Assembly: GCA_000092065.1 (NCBI GenBank)
Contig: CP000596.1
Strand: one strand, 5' to 3'
DNA from: Ostreococcus lucimarinus
Taxonomy: Eukaryota
DNA length: 64,000 bases
The notes beneath the pieces are model-generated. The model had not been told where the DNA came from. It ran no database searches and was given only the letters and a program-made list of their open reading frames with translations. The position numbers and the translations under genes were made by a program. Shown one piece after another: positions 10,163 through 20,666 of the stretch. Numbering within the stretch: the stretch's first letter is position 1; every line of letters begins with the position of its first letter.

Positions 10163-11629
10163 TTAGATTTTTATCCCCTTGGTCTGCTTGACGTCGCGGA
10201 CGTACTCCGTGAGCAACTTTTTCGCCTCAAATCCCAACACGCGTTTCGCCAAGCACGTCGACGCGAGCGTGCCTTTCAAGTCAGCTTCTCGAGCGTCGAC
10301 GAAACGATGCTTGGATGAAATCATCTTCGCCAAGTCGAGCACGGTAGTGCTCGTACCCGAACCTATGTTGAACGTTCTCCCGGTCGCGGCATCGTTCATC
10401 GCTGCGAGGATGAGGCCGCGCGCGGCGTCTTCGACAAAGATGAAATCCCGAAACTGCGTGCCGTCGCCTTCAATTTCGAGCGCCTCACCCGCGATCGCGG
10501 ATGCGAAAAATCGACCGGTGACCACGGCTTGTTCGCCCTCCGCGGGTTCGTCTGGGCCATACACCATAAATAAGCGCGTGATGACCGCCTCGACGCCGTA
10601 CATCGAATAGTACAGACGCGCCAAGTCCTCGCCTTGCGCCTTTGTCGTCGCGTACGGCGTCGTCGTCGTTCGTAGATGCGTCCTTTCCTCGTCGAAGGGT
10701 GTTGGTTGGTTGCCATAATACGTCGAAGATCCTGTGTACACGAACCGAACGCGTCGCTTCTTCGCCGCGAGGAGCTCGTCGTCTCTCTCGCGTGTCGCTC
10801 TGAGCACGTTCTCCGTGCCCTTGACGTTGGCCTCGACGCACGCGTAGACGATATCGTGCTTGGAAGCATCCAGCGTTGGTTTCACCTTACTCACGGCGGC
10901 GAGGTGAAAGACGTACGCCACGTTCGCCATCGCTGATTTCACATTCTTGTACTGTCGAATATCGCCCTCGACGAGCGCAAACTTCCCCTCCTTTTGCTTC
11001 TCCGCGGCGAACGCCAACCGCGCTCGAGATCCAGTGCTCAGATCGTCCAACACGCGTACGCGCAGACCGATCGCTAACAATTGCTTCACTAGTTCGCTCC
11101 CGATGAACCCCGCACCGCCGGTGACGAGCGCCCACTCGTCCTCGACGTAGCCGCCGCCCGCGCGCCTCTTCGCGTACGCGTCCGACGCCAATCCGCTCGC
11201 TCGAATGAACGTGTCCCGACACGGATCGTGTCGCTCTAACCCGACCGCCCGATTCCACGCCTCCTGCGTTAATCCACAATCCCTTCTCGGCGCGCTGCCA
11301 TCCATGATGACCTTGTCGCCGCCCTCGTCTTCGAAGAACCCAGCCGCGAGCGACGCCCTGAGCTCTTCAATCTTCCCGCTCGTCGACGCCGTCGTGATGA
11401 GCGCGAGCAAAGTGACGACGCTCGCGACGAGAAACGCCTTCAACGCCCTAGACGTCGGTCCGCTGTAGTTGTGCGAGTGCGGTCTCGGGCGTTTATTCGG
11501 CGTCGTCGACATCCCGGAGTGCGACGCGCTCGCGGCGCCGCTCGCGGTCTCGACGTACGCGGTGCGATCGCCGGCCTCGCAATCGGTGTGCGAGACGCCG
11601 ACGATGCGTTGGTTGAGCTCGCTCGTCAT
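10163..11629 (-). CDS. Membrane-anchored NAD-dependent nucleotide-sugar epimerase/dehydratase (extended SDR)
   Basis: 488 aa. TM anchor AFLVASVVTLLALITTAS. Rossmann motif LVTGGAGFIGSELV...VLDDLSTGS. Catalytic YATTK (YxxxK). Consistent with a Golgi type II protein. Confidence 0.7.
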   Translation of the reverse strand: MTSELNQRIVGVSHTDCEAGDRTAYVETASGAASASHSGMSTTPNKRPRPHSHNYSGPTSRALKAFLVASVVTLLALITTASTSGKIEELRASLAAGFFEDEGGDKVIMDGSAPRRDCGLTQEAWNRAVGLERHDPCRDTFIRASGLASDAYAKRRAGGGYVEDEWALVTGGAGFIGSELVKQLLAIGLRVRVLDDLSTGSRARLAFAAEKQKEGKFALVEGDIRQYKNVKSAMANVAYVFHLAAVSKVKPTLDASKHDIVYACVEANVKGTENVLRATRERDDELLAAKKRRVRFVYTGSSTYYGNQPTPFDEERTHLRTTTTPYATTKAQGEDLARLYYSMYGVEAVITRLFMVYGPDEPAEGEQAVVTGRFFASAIAGEALEIEGDGTQFRDFIFVEDAARGLILAAMNDAATGRTFNIGSGTSTTVLDLAKMISSKHRFVDAREADLKGTLASTCLAKRVLGFEAKKLLTEYVRDVKQTKGIKI

Positions 11630-11757
11630 CGCGCGCGACGGCGACCGATCGCGACGACGACAAGTGCGGGGCGCGCGGCGGATGATGTGACTCCACGCCG
11701 ACTGATTGATTTCAAGGCGCTATCTCGCCCACCGACGACCGGCGCGGCGATTATTTA

Positions 11758-12765
11758 CTACGCGCTGCCCGACTTCCACGGCTTTAACACGGGAAGGAGC
11801 ACGGATATTAATATGGTCATCAAGATGACGATCACGATGCACGTCCACTTGCGCGTGTTCTTCTGATACGCGCGCGCCTTTTTAAGCTCGACGTGCCCTT
11901 GCTGCACGTATTCCACGGATCTCGCCACGTGGCTTTCGACGTTGTCGATCATCTCTCCTTGCGCCTCGACGAGAACGGACATGTCTAAAAACACCTGGTT
12001 CAGCTCGAGTAGCTTACGTTCGAGCTCGAGAATGGCGTTGTGTCGCTCTTGAATCTCGTTTACGGTGTCTAAAATCTGTCCCCGACCTTGCTCGAGCAGG
12101 GCTGTTTGAAACATCGTCTCGCTCTCGCCGGTTTCGATCAACCGCTCGACGTCTTCCTCCTTCGCCTCCGTTCCAGTCACCGCGAAATATCGCCGCTCGA
12201 CGATTTCCTTATATTCCTCTCGTAAGCGTTCGCGCAAGTTTTGAAACTCACCCATCTGTTCCTTCAACTTCGTCTTCATCGAGCTCGTCAGCGCCGCGCG
12301 CGTGCGATGCTCGCTCGACCCTTGGGCGATTTTCCCACTCTTTAACGCCTTTTCGTTATCCTCGTCCAGGTTCTCCAGCCTTAACTTTGTCTCTCGCGCA
12401 ATCTTACTCACGCTTTCGATCGTCGCGTTCATGCGATCCTGCCTCTCGCGCGTTTCCTCCGCCGAAGTCGCGCGTTTCGACGCCTCGTGTTCGTCGTGCA
12501 GCGCGCGCAGCGCCGCGCGAATCTGCGTCATGTTCGATTTCACCGCTTGCACGTCGCCGAAGAAGGTCGACATGAGATCCTCGGACGTCGTCGACGTCGT
12601 CGCCACCGTCCCATCGCTCGCGGTCGTCGTCCCGCGCCCTCCCGCGTCTCGCGTCCCGAGCTCGACGTCCGCGACGTCGTTCGAACCGTTCGACGCGTTC
12701 GCGCGCGCGCGCGCGTCGCCGTCGTACACGTTCGTCGCGCCCACGGCGGCGAGTAAATCATTCAT
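11758..12765 (-). CDS. Syntaxin (Qa-SNARE) with C-terminal tail anchor
   Basis: 335 aa from the ATG (MNDLLAAV) at 12765; the track ORF extends spuriously upstream to 13812. SNARE motif ILELERKLLELNQVFLDMSVLVEAQGEMIDNVE. TM helix WTCIVIVILMTILISVLLPVL. Confidence 0.8.
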   Translation of the reverse strand: MNDLLAAVGATNVYDGDARARANASNGSNDVADVELGTRDAGGRGTTTASDGTVATTSTTSEDLMSTFFGDVQAVKSNMTQIRAALRALHDEHEASKRATSAEETRERQDRMNATIESVSKIARETKLRLENLDEDNEKALKSGKIAQGSSEHRTRAALTSSMKTKLKEQMGEFQNLRERLREEYKEIVERRYFAVTGTEAKEEDVERLIETGESETMFQTALLEQGRGQILDTVNEIQERHNAILELERKLLELNQVFLDMSVLVEAQGEMIDNVESHVARSVEYVQQGHVELKKARAYQKNTRKWTCIVIVILMTILISVLLPVLKPWKSGSA

Positions 12766-12891
12766 GCCGAGACACCGGCCGTCGCGCGCGGCGGGTCCGT
12801 CGTCGTCGCGCGCGGCGCCGCGCGCGGCGGGGTCGTCGCCGTCGCGTCGCGTCGTCGCGTCGTCGGACCGGCGAACGTCGCGCGCGGCCGA

Positions 12892-12935
12892 CCGATCGAT
12901 CCGATCGATCCGATCGATCCGATCCGATCGATCCC
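12892..12935. repeat. Tandem 9-mer (GATCGATCC)n, about 5 copies, in the divergent promoter between syntaxin and GRP94
   Basis: gatcgatccgatcgatccgatcgatccgatccgatcgatcc. Confidence 0.8.
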
Positions 12936-13141
12936 ACGCGCGCCCATCGATCGCGTCGATCGGTTTCCCCAGAATCACCCTCGCGCGTGGTTTTCGTTCG
13001 ACCCGCGCGCGCGACGGTCGCCGATGTCGCGCGTTCCCGAAATCGCGCGATTCGATTGGCTCGCGCGTGACGAATGACGATTGCCGCGCGACGACGCCGC
13101 GCGCGACGATCGGACGCACACCGCGACGCGACCGAGCGAAG

Positions 13142-15697
13142 ATGGCGCGCGCGCGAGGTCGCGCGACGCGATGGACGACGATCGCGCTCGCGTGCGTCGT
13201 GAGCGCGATGTGCGTGTTCGGAGGCGCGACGAACGGTGCGTGGACGGAAAGATGAGCGAACGATGCGCGAAAGAAAGATGTCGACGAAGCTCGACGAAGA
13301 TTTCCGACCGCGCGCGCGATCGAGTCGCGACGCGCGGGCGGCGCGGCGCGAGCGAGCGCGAGATGCGTGAACGATGACTGACCGAGCGCACACGTCGACG
13401 ACGCAGTGCGCGCGGAGGAAGACGCGACGACGGACGCCGGCGCGGCGAAAATCCCAGACTTCGCCCCGGGGGCGGAAAAGTTTGAGTTCCAGGCCGAGGT
13501 CTCGCGATTGATGGACATCATCATCAACTCGCTGTACTCGAACAAGGATATTTTCTTGCGCGAATTGATCTCGAACGGCTCGGATTCTTTGGACAAGATT
13601 CGATTCATGTCGCTCACCGACAAGGAGCAATTGGGAGGCGGCGAAAACGCCGATCTCGACATTCGCATCAAGGCTGACAAGGAGCGCAAGGTGCTCACGA
13701 TTCGCGACCGAGGCATCGGGATGACGAAGGACGACTTGATGAACAACCTCGGTACGATCGCCAAGTCCGGAACGTCCGCGTTTTTGGACCAAATGGCGTC
13801 TGGCGGCGACATGTCTTTGATCGGACAGTTCGGCGTCGGTTTCTACTCCGTCTACCTCGTCGCCGACTTTGTCGAAGTGCGCTCGAAACACAACGACGAC
13901 GACAAGCAATGGGTGTGGCAATCTAAGGCTGATGGCAACTTTGCCATCTCCGAGGACGAAGGCGAACCGCTCGGCCGCGGGGTGGAGATCAACATCTACC
14001 TCAAGGAAGAAGCGCAAGAGTACCTCGAAGAGACCAAGCTTCAAGCTCTCGTCGAGCGTTACTCCGAGTTCATCAACTTCCCCATCTACCTGTACAACTC
14101 CAAGGAAGTCTCTGAAGAAGTACCCGTCGAAGCCGGCGACGAGGATGAAGAAGCTGACGTCTCCGGTGACGACGCCGAAGACGACGAGGAAGGCGACGAT
14201 GAGGAAGGCGACGAAGACGAAGAGGACGACGAACCGAAGACGAAGACCGTGACCAAGACCGTTTGGGATTGGGAACGCCTGAACGACGTCAAGGCGATCT
14301 GGCTCCGAAGCACGAACGAAGTTGAAGAGGAAGAGTACACCAAGTTCTACCAAGCTCTCGCCAAGAACTCTGAAGAGCCGCTCGCGTATTCGCACTTCAA
14401 GGCGGAGGGCGACGTCGAATTCAAGGCCATTCTCTACATCCCCGAACGACCGTCGCCGGACTACTACGACAACTACTACAGCCGCGCGAGCGCGCTCAAG
14501 TTGTACGTCCGCCGTGTCTTCATCTCTGACGAGTTCGACGAGTTGTTGCCCAAGTATTTGAGCTTCATTAAGGGCATCGTCGACTCGGACACGCTCCCCT
14601 TGAACGTGTCTCGCGAAACTCTCCAGCAACACACGAGCTTGAAGACGATCAAGAAGAAGCTCGTTCGCAAGGCGCTCGACATGATTCGCAAGCTCGCGGA
14701 AGAAGGCGGCGATGCGGAAGATGACGATGCCAAGCCCGAAGGCGAAGATGACGCGGCGACGAAGGACGAGCCGAAGTATGAAAAGTTCTGGAAGTCGTTC
14801 GGCAAGGCGATCAAGCTCGGGATCATCGAAGACGCGAGCAACCGCGTGCGCCTCGCCAAGCTTCTTCGATTCCAAACCTCGAAGTCCGACGGCAAGCTCG
14901 TCTCTTTGGAGCAGTACGTCGAACGCATGAAGGAGGGCCAAAAGTCGATTTATTACATCACCGGAGAATCCATCGACGCGCTCAAAAACTCTCCGTTCCT
15001 CGAGAAGCTCATCTCCAAGGACTTCGAAGTCATCTACTTCACCGATCCCATCGATGAGTACACCATGCAAAACTTGACTGAATTCGATGATTTCAAGTTC
15101 TCCAACGCGAGCAAGGAAGACCTCAAGTTTGGCGACGCGGACGACGACGAAAAGGCTCGCTTTAAGAAGACGAAGGAGGCGTTCAAGTCTTTCACCACGT
15201 GGTGGAAGAGCAAGCTTCCGGACACCATGATTGAAGCGGTCAAGGTCTCCAACCGCCTCTCCACCACCCCGTGCGTCGTCGTGTCGTCCAAGTACGGCTG
15301 GTCCGCAAACATGGAACGCATCATGAAGGCGCAAGCCATGGGCGACGAATCCCGTCACGAGTACATGCGCGGCAAGAAGACGCTCGAAGTGAACCCGAGA
15401 CACCCGATGATCGCGGCGCTCAAGGAACGCGCGGCTACGGATCCGGACTCCGAAGAAACGGAAACGTTGGCCAAGCTCATGTTCGAAACCGCGATGTTGG
15501 AATCTGGTTTCTCGTTCGACAAGCCTCAAGAGTACACCTCTCGCGTTTTCGACTTGTTGAAGTCGAACATGGGCATCGAAAAGGATGCCGAACTCGTCGA
15601 CGAGACCCAGTTCCACTTGCCGGAAGAAGAAGACGAGGAAGATAAAAAGGAAGAAACCAAGGAAGAAACCAAGGAAGCTCCGAAAGACGAGCTCTAA
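13142..15697 (+). CDS. HSP90B: ER-type HSP90 (GRP94/endoplasmin); two exons: 13142..13235 and 13407..15697
   Basis: Exon 1 encodes MARARGRATRWTTIALACVVSAMCVFGGATNG (signal peptide) and is followed by an in-frame stop, so an intron is required. The join is phase 1, donor GTGCGT, giving ...TNG|VRAEEDATTDAG.... Exon 2 carries the HSP90 ATPase motifs (LRELISNGSDSLDKIR, GQFGVGFYS) and a C-terminal KDEL. 794 aa. Confidence 0.85.
13236..13406 (+). other. Spliceosomal intron of the GRP94 gene (171 nt)
   Basis: Donor GTGCGT. ACTGAC branch motif at 13377-13382, 23 nt upstream of the CAG acceptor. Confidence 0.8.
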
Positions 15698-15779
15698 ACG
15701 ATTTTAATATGAGATGACACGCGAATTTTGTGTTAAAAGCGAGAACAAAACAAACTCATCGGAAGGCATCGTAAGCTTT

Positions 15780-16622
15780 TCACCGACGACCGCTTAGCGA
15801 GCCTGGAAGCGTGACGAAGCTGCGTCGACCCGGTCCCGCTCGTGTAGTCATCTGAAGTCCCGCAAATGCTGGGCCGCGAACTGGCAGCATGCGTCGGCTC
15901 GATTTCGGTTCGCGCGCGGGAGCGGGAGAAGGCGCGGGCGCCGGGGAAAGGTCTTCGTCGAGTCCCTCGTCGTCGAGACGGATCAGTTCGAAATGGATTT
16001 CCACGTCTCCTGCGCGCGCATCGCCGACGCTTTCCGCATGTTCCTCGTAGCGTTCGAGTGATTCCGTCCCCGACATGAGCACGCCACCGTTGTCTTCCAC
16101 CGTTTCGTGCAACGCGACGAAGTCGCAAAAGTATCCGGTGCGATCTCGATCGACGTCGGACGCACCACACCTTCCGAATTCTTTCCCTGGAAACGGAATC
16201 TCGTTCGAGCATTCATCAGGAAACATGAAACCGCAAATGTGCATCGTGTGCATCGTGCCCTGCTCGCCGTTCGGGACGTATAACACGAAAGACATCGACG
16301 CGAAATCGTTCTCCGCCGTCGGCCATTTGACGGCGAGAAAGCTCGCGCCTACCTCCACAGCGGCGGTATCCGCCGCATCGACGGCTTCGCGCTCGACGAA
16401 AGGTTGAATCGTGACATCAGCGGCAAGAACTGAGTCATCGATGAACATTTCAAGTTCATCCATCGCCCTGTGAACGTCTTCGGCTATTTTCTCGGGTAGC
16501 TCGCGGAAGTACTCGCTCGCGTTCACAGTAGAAGTCGCTGAAGGGTCATCCGCCGCGACGACGCGCGAACAGAGACACGCCGAGACGAAAACGAGGAAGG
16601 TTGTAAAGATTTGGTTTCTCAT
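15780..16622 (-). CDS. Secreted protein of unknown function
   Basis: 280 aa from ATG at 16622. Signal peptide MRNQIFTTFLVFVSACLCSRVVA. Several Cys residues and a Pro/Ala-rich C-terminus. No family recognised. Its 3' end overlaps the GRP94 3' region. Confidence 0.4.
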   Translation of the reverse strand: MRNQIFTTFLVFVSACLCSRVVAADDPSATSTVNASEYFRELPEKIAEDVHRAMDELEMFIDDSVLAADVTIQPFVEREAVDAADTAAVEVGASFLAVKWPTAENDFASMSFVLYVPNGEQGTMHTMHICGFMFPDECSNEIPFPGKEFGRCGASDVDRDRTGYFCDFVALHETVEDNGGVLMSGTESLERYEEHAESVGDARAGDVEIHFELIRLDDEGLDEDLSPAPAPSPAPAREPKSSRRMLPVRGPAFAGLQMTTRAGPGRRSFVTLPGSLSGRR

Positions 16623-16779
16623 GTGCGCTTCCCTTGCGCGTGCGTCGGTTTGTGACGCGTGCGGTGGGCGCGCGTGCCCAGAGTCGACGAGAGTACACAC
16701 GCCGCCGAGATACGATGGATTGGTAATCAAACATAGTATGTTATCATTAACACCGAGCGTTTTCAAATCATCGTCGCGC

Positions 16780-18765
16780 TCACGCGGTGGCTATTCCGCA
16801 AAGCTCCTTCAACTCGCTTCCACTCAAGCTCTCGGAGTCCAGCAAGCGTCGCGCAATCGTGTGCAAATCGCCCTCGTGTTGAGTGAGTAAATCTTTCGCG
16901 CGTTTATACGCCGCGTCGAGCATCGCTTTCACCTCGATCTCGATCAGCTGTCGAGTTTCGCTCGACAACTCATCGGACGCGTAGTCTTGCGACGCCAAGC
17001 CGACTTTTTCGCTCATGCCGTAGCGCGTCACCATCTCTCGCGCCAGACGGGTGGCTTGCTGTAAATCGCTCGAAGCCCCGGTGGTGATCTCCTCGGAACC
17101 AAAGATGAGCTCCTCCGCCACACGACCGCCCATGGTGACGTCGAGCATGGCGAGCAGTTGTCTTCGCGTCATTTGCAATTCGTCCTTCTCGGGGAGTTGC
17201 ATCACCATCCCCAACGCTTGCCCTCGCGGAACGATGGTCGCCTTGTGCACCGGACGCGCGCCCTTCGTGCGAAGCGCCACCAACGCGTGCCCACCTTCGT
17301 GATACGCCGTCAACTTGCGATTTTCGGGCGTGATGATGGCTGATGTGCGCGCGGCGCCCATCAAGATGCGATCCTTGGCGAAATCGAGGTGCTTGGCGCC
17401 GACGCTCGCGACGCCGTCGAGCGCGGCTTTAAGCGCGGCGATGTTTATCAAGTTTGCCAAGTCAGCGCCGCTGAAACCGGGAGTGCCGCGCGCGACGACG
17501 TCGAAGTCGACATTATCCGCCATCTTCACGCCCTTGGCGTGCGCCTGTAAAATTTCGCGGCGGCCGCCGACGTCGGGATTGGGCACGGACACCGTGCGAT
17601 CGAATCGCCCTGGACGAATCAAAGCCTTGTCCAACATCCCCGGTGTGTTCGTGGCCGCGAGCACGATGACGCCCTCGCTCGCTTTAAAGCCATCGAGCTC
17701 GGTCAAGAGTTGGTTCAACGTCATGCGAGTGTTTTGTTGGTCCTTAGGGTTTCTCGCCGCCCCCACGGCGTCGATTTCGTCGATAAAAACGATGCACGGC
17801 GCGTTTTGCTTAGCCGCCTTGAAGAGATCTCGCACTCTCCGCGCGCCGACGCCGACGAACATCTCTTCGAACTCGCTACCGCTGCTGTAAAAGAATGGCA
17901 CGCCCGCTTCGCCCGCGACCGCCTTGGCGAGCATCGTCTTCCCCGTTCCCGGCGGGCCGACGAGAAGCAAGCCTTTGGGTAACTTACCGCCGAGTTTGGT
18001 GAACTTTTCCGGCGCCTTGAGGTACTCTACGATCTCCACCAACTCCGCCTTGGCCTCGTCCACGCCCTTGACGTCGTCGAAAGTCGTCGTCTGCGTGTTT
18101 TGATGCGGCTTGACGCTTTCGCCGCCTAAAATCGCCTTGCTCATCCCTCCGCGATCCTCCAAGAGCGCCCCGATCCCGCTCAGCACGATGAACGCCGTCC
18201 CCAGCGTGCGCACCGTGCGCCACAATTGCGCCTTGAAAGTCGGTTCGAGCTGTTGCGTGTACAACGGGTTCTTTTCGCTTCCGAGCGCCGCCACCGCGGG
18301 CGCCGCGTTCGCCGCGCTCGCCCCCGCGTTCGCGCCGAAGATCGACCCCAACGACGCCAACATCCCCTTCGGCGCCGCATCGCTCTCCGTCGCCGTCGCG
18401 CTCGCACCGATTGCGCCCGTCGTCGCCGCCGCCTCCGCCGTCGCGCCTCTGTGCACCGCGCGCGCCAACGCGCTCTCGTTCACTCGATCGAGCGCCACGA
18501 GCGCCTTCAGGTACTCCGCCGTGTTCGCCTCCGTGCGCACCGCGGCGCCGTTTTCATACGCCTCGATCACCTCCGCGTGTCGTCCTCGCGCGTTCGCGTC
18601 TCGCAGGGACGTCGTCAATCGCCTTCGCGGCGTCGTCGACGCCGGTGACGCGACGGCGCGCGACGATGACGACGACGCGGACGCGGACGACGTCGCGCGC
18701 GCGAGCTGCGTCGCGCATCGCGCGCCGCCGCGTTTGATCGCGCGTCTCGCGATCTCGCGCAGCAT
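16780..18765 (-). CDS. FTSH: ATP-dependent zinc metalloprotease FtsH, mitochondrial i-AAA (YME1-like) type
   Basis: 661 aa. One TM helix. Walker A GPPGTGKT, Walker B IVFIDEIDAV, second region of homology, HEGGHA zinc site. Presequence-like N-terminus. Confidence 0.9.
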   Translation of the reverse strand: MLREIARRAIKRGGARCATQLARATSSASASSSSSRAVASPASTTPRRRLTTSLRDANARGRHAEVIEAYENGAAVRTEANTAEYLKALVALDRVNESALARAVHRGATAEAAATTGAIGASATATESDAAPKGMLASLGSIFGANAGASAANAAPAVAALGSEKNPLYTQQLEPTFKAQLWRTVRTLGTAFIVLSGIGALLEDRGGMSKAILGGESVKPHQNTQTTTFDDVKGVDEAKAELVEIVEYLKAPEKFTKLGGKLPKGLLLVGPPGTGKTMLAKAVAGEAGVPFFYSSGSEFEEMFVGVGARRVRDLFKAAKQNAPCIVFIDEIDAVGAARNPKDQQNTRMTLNQLLTELDGFKASEGVIVLAATNTPGMLDKALIRPGRFDRTVSVPNPDVGGRREILQAHAKGVKMADNVDFDVVARGTPGFSGADLANLINIAALKAALDGVASVGAKHLDFAKDRILMGAARTSAIITPENRKLTAYHEGGHALVALRTKGARPVHKATIVPRGQALGMVMQLPEKDELQMTRRQLLAMLDVTMGGRVAEELIFGSEEITTGASSDLQQATRLAREMVTRYGMSEKVGLASQDYASDELSSETRQLIEIEVKAMLDAAYKRAKDLLTQHEGDLHTIARRLLDSESLSGSELKELCGIATA

Positions 18766-18944
18766 CGCGTCGCGAACGCGCGGACGCGCGCCGACGAATG
18801 GCGCGTCGTCGTCATCAATCTTCCACCGCGCCGCGTGATTTCTTCCACTTCTTCATTCGTCGAATCGCTCGTTGATTAAAATACTACACCTCCAACGGGA
18901 CGAAACCGAGGCGAAGACGCGCGTCTCGAGCTCGCGTCGCGCGT

Positions 18945-19928
18945 TCACTCGTCGTCGTCGTCGTCGTCGTCGTCGTCCATGAACTCGGCAAACTCGCCGA
19001 GATCCTCCGCGGGCGCGGCGGCGGGCGCGGGCGCCTCGACGCCGAAGGCGACGGCGTCGCGCGCGTCGGCGAGCGCGCTCGGCTCGATCGCCGTCTTGGG
19101 CGCGCGCGCGCGCGCACCGGCGGTCTTTCTCGCCTCGGCCGCGCGTTCGAGCTCGATCGAGCTCGCGTCGACCGCTTTCGGCGGTCCGATGTCCCAGTTA
19201 TCGTTCAACAAATTCATCTCCGTGGGCACGTGAATACCGGGGCGATTGGAGAGTTTGGGCAACGGATGCCTGTTCACCACCGCCGCCATCGCGTGCGCGT
19301 CCGCCAAACTCGGCGGTTCGATGAACTGCCGCATTAATATCGCCTTGGCTCCTATTTTCACATCCTCCGCGTCGATCGTTCCTCGCCCCGCGTGTCTCGC
19401 CGCGCACGCGCTCTCCTCCAGCGCCTCGCTCGCGTACCGGTGCATGAACTCCATCCCTTGCGAGATGACCTTACGATCGACGTCCGTCACGCCCTGCGCG
19501 GATCGAATCAGTTCGCGCGTCGTCGTCAGTCCTTCCTTCGCGCGTTCGTCGTCCTCGCGCGTCGCGTCGGTCGCGTCGCGCGTCTCTCGCACCATCTCTC
19601 GCAGGATCTCTCGCGCCGCCGCCGCGTCTCTCGGCGCGCGTCGTTTCCCTCGTCCCTCGTCCTCGTCCTCGTTCGTCTCCAACGCTCGCGCGTCGTCGTC
19701 TTCGCGCACGCGCGCGCCCTCTCGCGCGCTTTTCTCCTCGTCCTCGTCCTCGTCGTCGTCGCCCTCGAGCGTCTCGCGCGCCTCGCGTCGCTTCTTCGCC
19801 TCCGCGGCGAGTCGAATGGCTTTCTTTTGTTCGGGCGTCAGCCCGCTGTTCACCATCGCCGCGACCGAGGGGAGTCGATCGCGTCGTTTCTTCGCCGACG
19901 CGCTCGGCGCCTTGCGCTTCGGCGCCAT
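18945..19928 (-). CDS. TAF9: Histone-fold protein, TAF9-like (TFIID subunit)
   Basis: 327 aa. Histone fold RKVISQGMEFMHRYASEALEESACAARHAGRGTIDAEDVKIGAKAI aligns with TAF9 [42 protein letters not shown]. Conserved NRHPLPKL...RPGIHVP box. Poly-Asp C-terminus, as in TAF9. Confidence 0.55.
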   Translation of the reverse strand: MAPKRKAPSASAKKRRDRLPSVAAMVNSGLTPEQKKAIRLAAEAKKRREARETLEGDDDEDEDEEKSAREGARVREDDDARALETNEDEDEGRGKRRAPRDAAAAREILREMVRETRDATDATREDDERAKEGLTTTRELIRSAQGVTDVDRKVISQGMEFMHRYASEALEESACAARHAGRGTIDAEDVKIGAKAILMRQFIEPPSLADAHAMAAVVNRHPLPKLSNRPGIHVPTEMNLLNDNWDIGPPKAVDASSIELERAAEARKTAGARARAPKTAIEPSALADARDAVAFGVEAPAPAAAPAEDLGEFAEFMDDDDDDDDDE

Positions 19929-20062
19929 CGCGTTCGGCTCGAGGCGTCGTGTGCGGACGACCGTCGACGCGAATCCGCGTCCGTTCCATTCGTGTTTGAT
20001 TTGATGCGCGGCGATGCGTTCGCGATCGCGTCGTCAGACGTCGGACGTCGGACGCGCGCGCG

Positions 20063-20579
20063 ATGGCGCGCGAGGGTAAAGCGCGCGCGTCGCACGTCCT
20101 CGTCAAGCACGCGGATTCGCGACGACCGGCGAGCTGGCGCGATCCCGAGGGCGCGCACATCGCGAAAAAGGCGCGCGGCGCGCGCATCGCGAACGCATGA
20201 AAAATGAGTCGCGCGACGACGGACGGACGGATGGACGGACGGACGGACCGCGACGCGGCGTCGCGCGCGAAGACGATTCGCGTTAAACGCGATGACTGAC
20301 GAATCCGCGACGACGACGACGACGCAGACGAAAGAGGCGGCGATCGACGAGCTGCTGCGCTATCGCGACGCGGTGGCGAACGGCGAGGCGACGTTCGCGG
20401 ACGTCGCGAAAAAGGTGAGCGATTGCAGCAGCGCGAAGCGGGGAGGAGATTTAGGGGAATTTGGACCGGGACAGATGCAAAGGGCGTTCGAGGACGCGAC
20501 GTACGCGCTGAAGATTGGCGAGATGAGCGAGGCGGTGGAGACGGATTCGGGCGTGCACGTCATCTTGCGCACGGGGTGA
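20063..20579 (+). CDS. PIN1: Pin1-type parvulin peptidyl-prolyl isomerase (no WW domain, plant Pin1At-like); exons 20063..20170 and 20328..20579
   Basis: Exon 1 encodes MAREGKARASHVLVKHADSRRPASWRDPEGAHIAKK. Exon 2 encodes TKEAAIDELL...SDCSSAKRGGDLGEFGPGQMQRAFEDATYALKIGEMS...DSGVHVILRTG. The 120-aa product aligns end to end with Arabidopsis Pin1At (119 aa). No GT donor exists between the conserved HVLVKH codons and the in-frame stop at 20198, so the model needs a GC-AG intron. Confidence 0.6.
20171..20327 (+). other. Putative GC-AG intron of the Pin1 gene (157 nt)
   Basis: 5' end is GCGCGC (non-canonical). ACTGAC at 20296-20301 lies 25 nt upstream of the CAG acceptor at 20325-20327. Confidence 0.5.
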
Positions 20580-20666
20580 GCGACGCGCAAAATATCGATC
20601 GTGTAATCATGAAAAAGATACCGCGCGGTGTGCGCGAGTCGAAGAGTGTCGTCCCTCGCGCGTCCA

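Noticed and set aside
12758-15616. 952-aa minus-strand ORF, the longest in the track for this region
   Set aside because: It is antisense to the HSP90/GRP94 gene, extremely Arg/Leu/Val-rich with no recognisable domain. It is a GC-content artefact and not a gene.
20273-20281. Possible 9-nt micro-exon (acgattcgc = TIR) between the two Pin1 exons, with a 46-nt GT-AG intron downstream
   Set aside because: It would make the loop longer than in any Pin1. The two-exon GC-AG model reproduces Pin1At spacing exactly and gives an intron length typical for this locus.
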